A DNA stretch of 64,000 bases, taken from contig BEHV01000001.1 of the NCBI GenBank assembly GCA_002898315.1, positions 196,620-260,619 of the forward strand, in the 5' to 3' direction. The position numbers and the translations under genes are program-made. Position 1 is the first letter of the stretch. Every line of letters starts with the position of its first letter. Positions 60,494-64,000 of the stretch are shown piece after piece. This DNA is from a bacterium HR19. GTDB lineage: Bacteria > Calescibacteriota > Calescibacteriia > Calescibacteriales > Calescibacteriaceae. The notes beneath the pieces were generated by a model, which saw only the letters and a program-made list of their open reading frames with translations, was not told the origin of the DNA and did no database searches.

Positions 60494-63193
60494 TTAAACT
60501 GAACCACTCTCATCTGAAAACCTCGAGAGTATTTCTAATCTTGTTTTGAGAACATTTATCTTCAAAGATAACTCCTCAAACTCTTTTTTGTGTTCTTCTA
60601 TAACCTCTTCATCTGCTCGTGAGAGGAAATCTTGATTTGAAAGTCGTTTTTTCACTCTTTCAAAATCCTTCTCAAGTTTTGAAATTTCTTTTTTTATTTT
60701 TTCTATGCTTTCTGCGAGTTTCGCACCCTTTGAAGATATAGCAACCGCAACGCCTTTTTCTGACGAAGGTATAAATGACTCAGGAAACTTATCACCGCTC
60801 AGGACTGAAACCTTAGAACGAGAGAGTTTTTCTATCCACTCTATATTATCTTTTACGGCATGCTCGAGGTGAGTTTCTCCGAAGGTCAAAACGACTGCCG
60901 GAACCTCATCTGAAACTTTAAAGCCAAGCTCATCTTTCAAAGCCCTTATCTCTTTGACTATTGTGATTAGCTTTTGTCCAATCTCAAGCGACTCCTCTTC
61001 TTCAAATTCAAAATCAGGAAAACCAGCAAAAGATATTATTTCAGGTTCGTCTTCCCAGCCATATTTCTTCCTCATCAAGCTCCATATATGAGCGGTAAGA
61101 GCGGGAATAAAAGGATGAAGCAACCTCAAAGAGCTTTCAAGGACAAAAACCAAAGTGTTCTTTGCACAACTTGAAAGTTTCTCATTCCTCATTTCAATCT
61201 TTGATATCTCTATGTACCAGTCGCAGAAATCATTCCAGAAAAATTCATATATTTCAGAAAGAGCCTGATTTATCTTGTACTCTTCAAGAAATCTCTTCAC
61301 ATTCCTTATACATCTTGAAAGTTTAGATATTATCCATCTTTGTGGTAGAGATTTTGGAGAGAAATTCCTTTTCGCCTGCTCGACATTTTGTATAACGAAC
61401 TTTGAAGCATTCCAGACCTTATTCATAAAGTGATAATATGACTCCACTGATTTTTCAGATAATCTCATATCTTTTATCTGAGATGAAAGCATAGCAAGAG
61501 TGAAACGAAGAGAATCTGCTCCATACTTTTCTATAAGTTCAAGAGGGTCAAGAACATTACCCTTCGTCTTTGACATCTTTTGCCCTTTTTCATCTCTTAT
61601 AAGCCCATGGACAAAAACCTTTCTGAAAGGAACCTGCTTTGTAAAGTAAAGTCCCATAACTATCATTCTGGCAACCCAGAAGAAAATTATATCAAAGCCG
61701 GTGACAAGAACATCAGTAGGATAGAAAACTTTAAGCTTTTTTGTTTTTTCGGGCCACCCAAGAACAGCAAAAGGCCAGAGAGCAGAAGAAAACCAAGTAT
61801 CAAGAACATCTTCGGATTCTTTGATATTTTCTGAACCACAACGCGGACATGTTCTCTGCTCCTTCTCTCCGTCATTATTCAGAAATTTCTCCCCGCACGA
61901 GTTGCAAAAAGATATAGGTATTTTGTGTCCCCACCATATCTGACGAGATATACACCAATCTTTTACATTTTCCATCCATGAGATGTAAAGGTTTTTCCAT
62001 CTCTCTGCAAGGAATTGAACTCTGCTATTTTTTTTATCACCGCCGTTTTCATACATAGAGTTGGACTCGCTTGAATCACTTCCTTTCACCGCTTCAATAG
62101 CCGGAGGAGCGAGTTTTTTCATATCAACGAACCACTGCCTTGATATAATTGGCTCAACAACAGTTCTACACCTATAACATCTTCCTAAACGAATTGTATA
62201 ATCTTCAACTTTGAGGAGAAGTCCATAGGATTGGAGGTCTGAAACTATTTTTTTTCTTGCTTCTTCTCTTTTCAACCCAGCATAATCACCGAATGTTATG
62301 ACAGCATCTTCGTTCATTATTTTTATTCCGTCAAGGTTATGTCTTCTTGCTATTTCAAAGTCCGCAAAATCATGAAATGGAGTGACCTTCACAGCTCCTG
62401 TTCCAAATGTCATATCAACGACTTCATCTCTTATCACTGGAACTTTCCTCCATACCAAAGGGACAAAAACATATTGAACATCTTTATATCTTTCGTCTTC
62501 TGGATGGACAGCAACAGCGGTATCTCCAAGAAGAGTTTCAGGTCTCGTTGTAGCAACACATATTCCGTCTTTTCCCTCTTTTTCAAAAGGATAGATTATA
62601 TAGTAGAGTTTTCCTTTTTCTTCTGAGAACTCAACTTCAAGGTCGCTCAGAGCGGTCTTGCAAGAAGGACACCAGTTTATTATGTAATCACCTTCGTATA
62701 TCAAACCGTTCTTGAAAAGTTCGGCGAAAGCTTTTATAACCGCCCTCCTATAATCTTCGTCTAATGTGAACCTATTTGCAGTCCAGTCAACAGATAGGCA
62801 TAACCTTTGCATCTGTTCCTTTATTTTCTTCTGGCTCTGCTCTCTCCACTCATCAACAAATTTCAAGAACTCTTCTTTTGACATGTTTTCTCTTTTGAGA
62901 CCTCTTTTTTCAAGCTCACGGGAGACGACATGTTGAGTCGCAATTCCAGCATGGTCTGTTCCGGGAACCCACAGAACCTCATAACCGCTCATTCTCTTAT
63001 ATCTTACTATTATGTCTTGAATAGTCATATTGAGAGCGTGACCTATATGCAATGAGCCGGTTATATTTGGCGGGGGGATAACCACACAGAACTTTTTTTT
63101 GGGCGAATCTGGATTAGCAATAAATGCCTCAGCAAAGACACGGCTCCAATACTTTTCTATTTCCCTGTGCTTATAACTTCCCTCAATCTCCAT
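60494..63193 (-). CDS. valS: Valine--tRNA ligase
   Basis: HIGH motif (PPPNITGSLHIGHALN), KMSKS (KMSKTKGN), CP1 editing domain, and a C-terminal coiled coil. Confidence 0.9.
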   Translation of the reverse strand: MEIEGSYKHREIEKYWSRVFAEAFIANPDSPKKKFCVVIPPPNITGSLHIGHALNMTIQDIIVRYKRMSGYEVLWVPGTDHAGIATQHVVSRELEKRGLKRENMSKEEFLKFVDEWREQSQKKIKEQMQRLCLSVDWTANRFTLDEDYRRAVIKAFAELFKNGLIYEGDYIINWCPSCKTALSDLEVEFSEEKGKLYYIIYPFEKEGKDGICVATTRPETLLGDTAVAVHPEDERYKDVQYVFVPLVWRKVPVIRDEVVDMTFGTGAVKVTPFHDFADFEIARRHNLDGIKIMNEDAVITFGDYAGLKREEARKKIVSDLQSYGLLLKVEDYTIRLGRCYRCRTVVEPIISRQWFVDMKKLAPPAIEAVKGSDSSESNSMYENGGDKKNSRVQFLAERWKNLYISWMENVKDWCISRQIWWGHKIPISFCNSCGEKFLNNDGEKEQRTCPRCGSENIKESEDVLDTWFSSALWPFAVLGWPEKTKKLKVFYPTDVLVTGFDIIFFWVARMIVMGLYFTKQVPFRKVFVHGLIRDEKGQKMSKTKGNVLDPLELIEKYGADSLRFTLAMLSSQIKDMRLSEKSVESYYHFMNKVWNASKFVIQNVEQAKRNFSPKSLPQRWIISKLSRCIRNVKRFLEEYKINQALSEIYEFFWNDFCDWYIEISKIEMRNEKLSSCAKNTLVFVLESSLRLLHPFIPALTAHIWSLMRKKYGWEDEPEIISFAGFPDFEFEEEESLEIGQKLITIVKEIRALKDELGFKVSDEVPAVVLTFGETHLEHAVKDNIEWIEKLSRSKVSVLSGDKFPESFIPSSEKGVAVAISSKGAKLAESIEKIKKEISKLEKDFERVKKRLSNQDFLSRADEEVIEEHKKEFEELSLKINVLKTRLEILSRFSDESGSV

Positions 63194-63309
63194 ATACCCT
63201 AAAATAAATTACTTTCTGCAAAGCGGTATTCGGTTTATACAAATTTATTTCAAGAGCAAAAAACCAAAAAATCACAAAAGAAGAAACAAATAAAATAAAA
63301 ATAATTGTG

Positions 63310-64000
63310 ATGGAAACAATTGAGACATACGAAGTAGATGTTTTGATAGTAGGAGCGGGAGGGGCAGGGCTAAGGGCAGGAATAGAATCAGCAAAAGAAG
63401 GAGTAAAAGTTGGAATTGTCTGCAAATCACTTCTTGGCAAAGCACACACAGTAATGGCAGAAGGTGGTATAGCAGCAGCACTTGGAAATACAGACCCACA
63501 AGACAACTGGAAAGAGCATTTCAGAGATACAATGTACGGTGGAAAATTTTTGAATGATTGGAGATTTGCGCTCAAACACGCTCAACTTGCTCCCGAATGT
63601 GTCAAAGAACTTGAAGAATGGGGAGCGCTATTTGACAGAACACCGGATGGGAAAATTCTTCAAAGAGCTTTCGGAGGACATTCATGGAGAAGATTGGCAC
63701 ATGTAGGAGATAGAACAGGACTTGAAATGATAAGAACTCTTCAAGACAAACTCCTTTCGTTTGATAATGTTGATGTGTTCCAAGAGTGCTCTATAATACA
63801 TCTTTTCAAAGATGGAGAAAAAATCGCAGGAGCTTTAGGGTATTGGAGAGAGACGGGGAGATTTGTTCTCTTTAAGGCAAAAGCGGTAGTCCTCGCAACA
63901 GGAGGACTTGGAAAAATATACAAGATAACATCAAACTCGTGGGAGTATACTGGTTCGGGATATGCTCTTGCTCTGCTCGCAGGCGCAGAACTCAGAGATA
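63310..64000 (+). CDS. Succinate dehydrogenase / fumarate reductase flavoprotein subunit, 5'-partial (runs off the window end, not in the ORF track)
   Basis: Own translation: METIETYEVDVLIVGAGGAGLRAGIE...HTVMAEGGIAAALGN...RAFGGHSWRRLAHVGDRTGLEMIRTL, carrying the FAD-binding and FGG.S/DRTG signatures of SdhA/FrdA. Confidence 0.7.
   Translation, partial: METIETYEVDVLIVGAGGAGLRAGIESAKEGVKVGIVCKSLLGKAHTVMAEGGIAAALGNTDPQDNWKEHFRDTMYGGKFLNDWRFALKHAQLAPECVKELEEWGALFDRTPDGKILQRAFGGHSWRRLAHVGDRTGLEMIRTLQDKLLSFDNVDVFQECSIIHLFKDGEKIAGALGYWRETGRFVLFKAKAVVLATGGLGKIYKITSNSWEYTGSGYALALLAGAELRD

Noticed and set aside
63183-63575. 130-aa and 75-aa minus-strand ORFs between valS and the window end
   Set aside because: They overlap the clearly SdhA/FrdA-like plus-strand reading frame starting at 63310, and have low-complexity Leu-rich sequence.

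Overview
This is a low-GC (~33%), Lys/Glu-rich, gene-dense bacterial chromosomal segment of about 55 protein genes. LpxD, MsbA, Lnt, TolB/Pal and a beta-barrel outer-membrane protein ending in Phe indicate a diderm organism, probably a thermophile; the lineage is unresolved, with an Aquificota-like or deep-branching thermophilic phylum as a guess. I found no rRNA, tRNA, CRISPR or obvious mobile element. Most genes are housekeeping: rpsR, pepP, glnA, amtB, glnK, pdxH, lpxD, trpA, kup, bioD, coaBC, phoD, metF, lnt, pal, tolB, rmlA, msbA, truD, galE, nrnA, pit, purH, priA, lipA, valS, and a partial sdhA/frdA at the 3' edge. The main unusual system is a sigma-54-driven nitrogen-assimilation supra-operon at 5.5-12.4 kb. 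A NifA-like GAF/AAA+/HTH activator is followed by a perfect TGGCAC-N5-TTGCA promoter, then glnA, an unannotated beta-barrel-like secreted protein, a stand-alone GAF protein translationally coupled to amtB, glnK, and a DUF1640-like tail-anchored coiled-coil protein with 6x33-bp tandem repeats. A second sigma-54-like promoter sits in front of a long siroheme nitrite/sulfite reductase at 724. Other notable loci: an ODP-like di-iron MBL protein paired with a soluble MCP, carrying a (GT)7 microsatellite in its 5'UTR; a lipoprotein GH5 / OM beta-barrel / lipoprotein operon at 53.4-59.5 kb; an orphan NitT/TauT-type ABC ATPase with an extra C-terminal domain; and a PAS/sigma-54 activator upstream of a large unknown lipoprotein.
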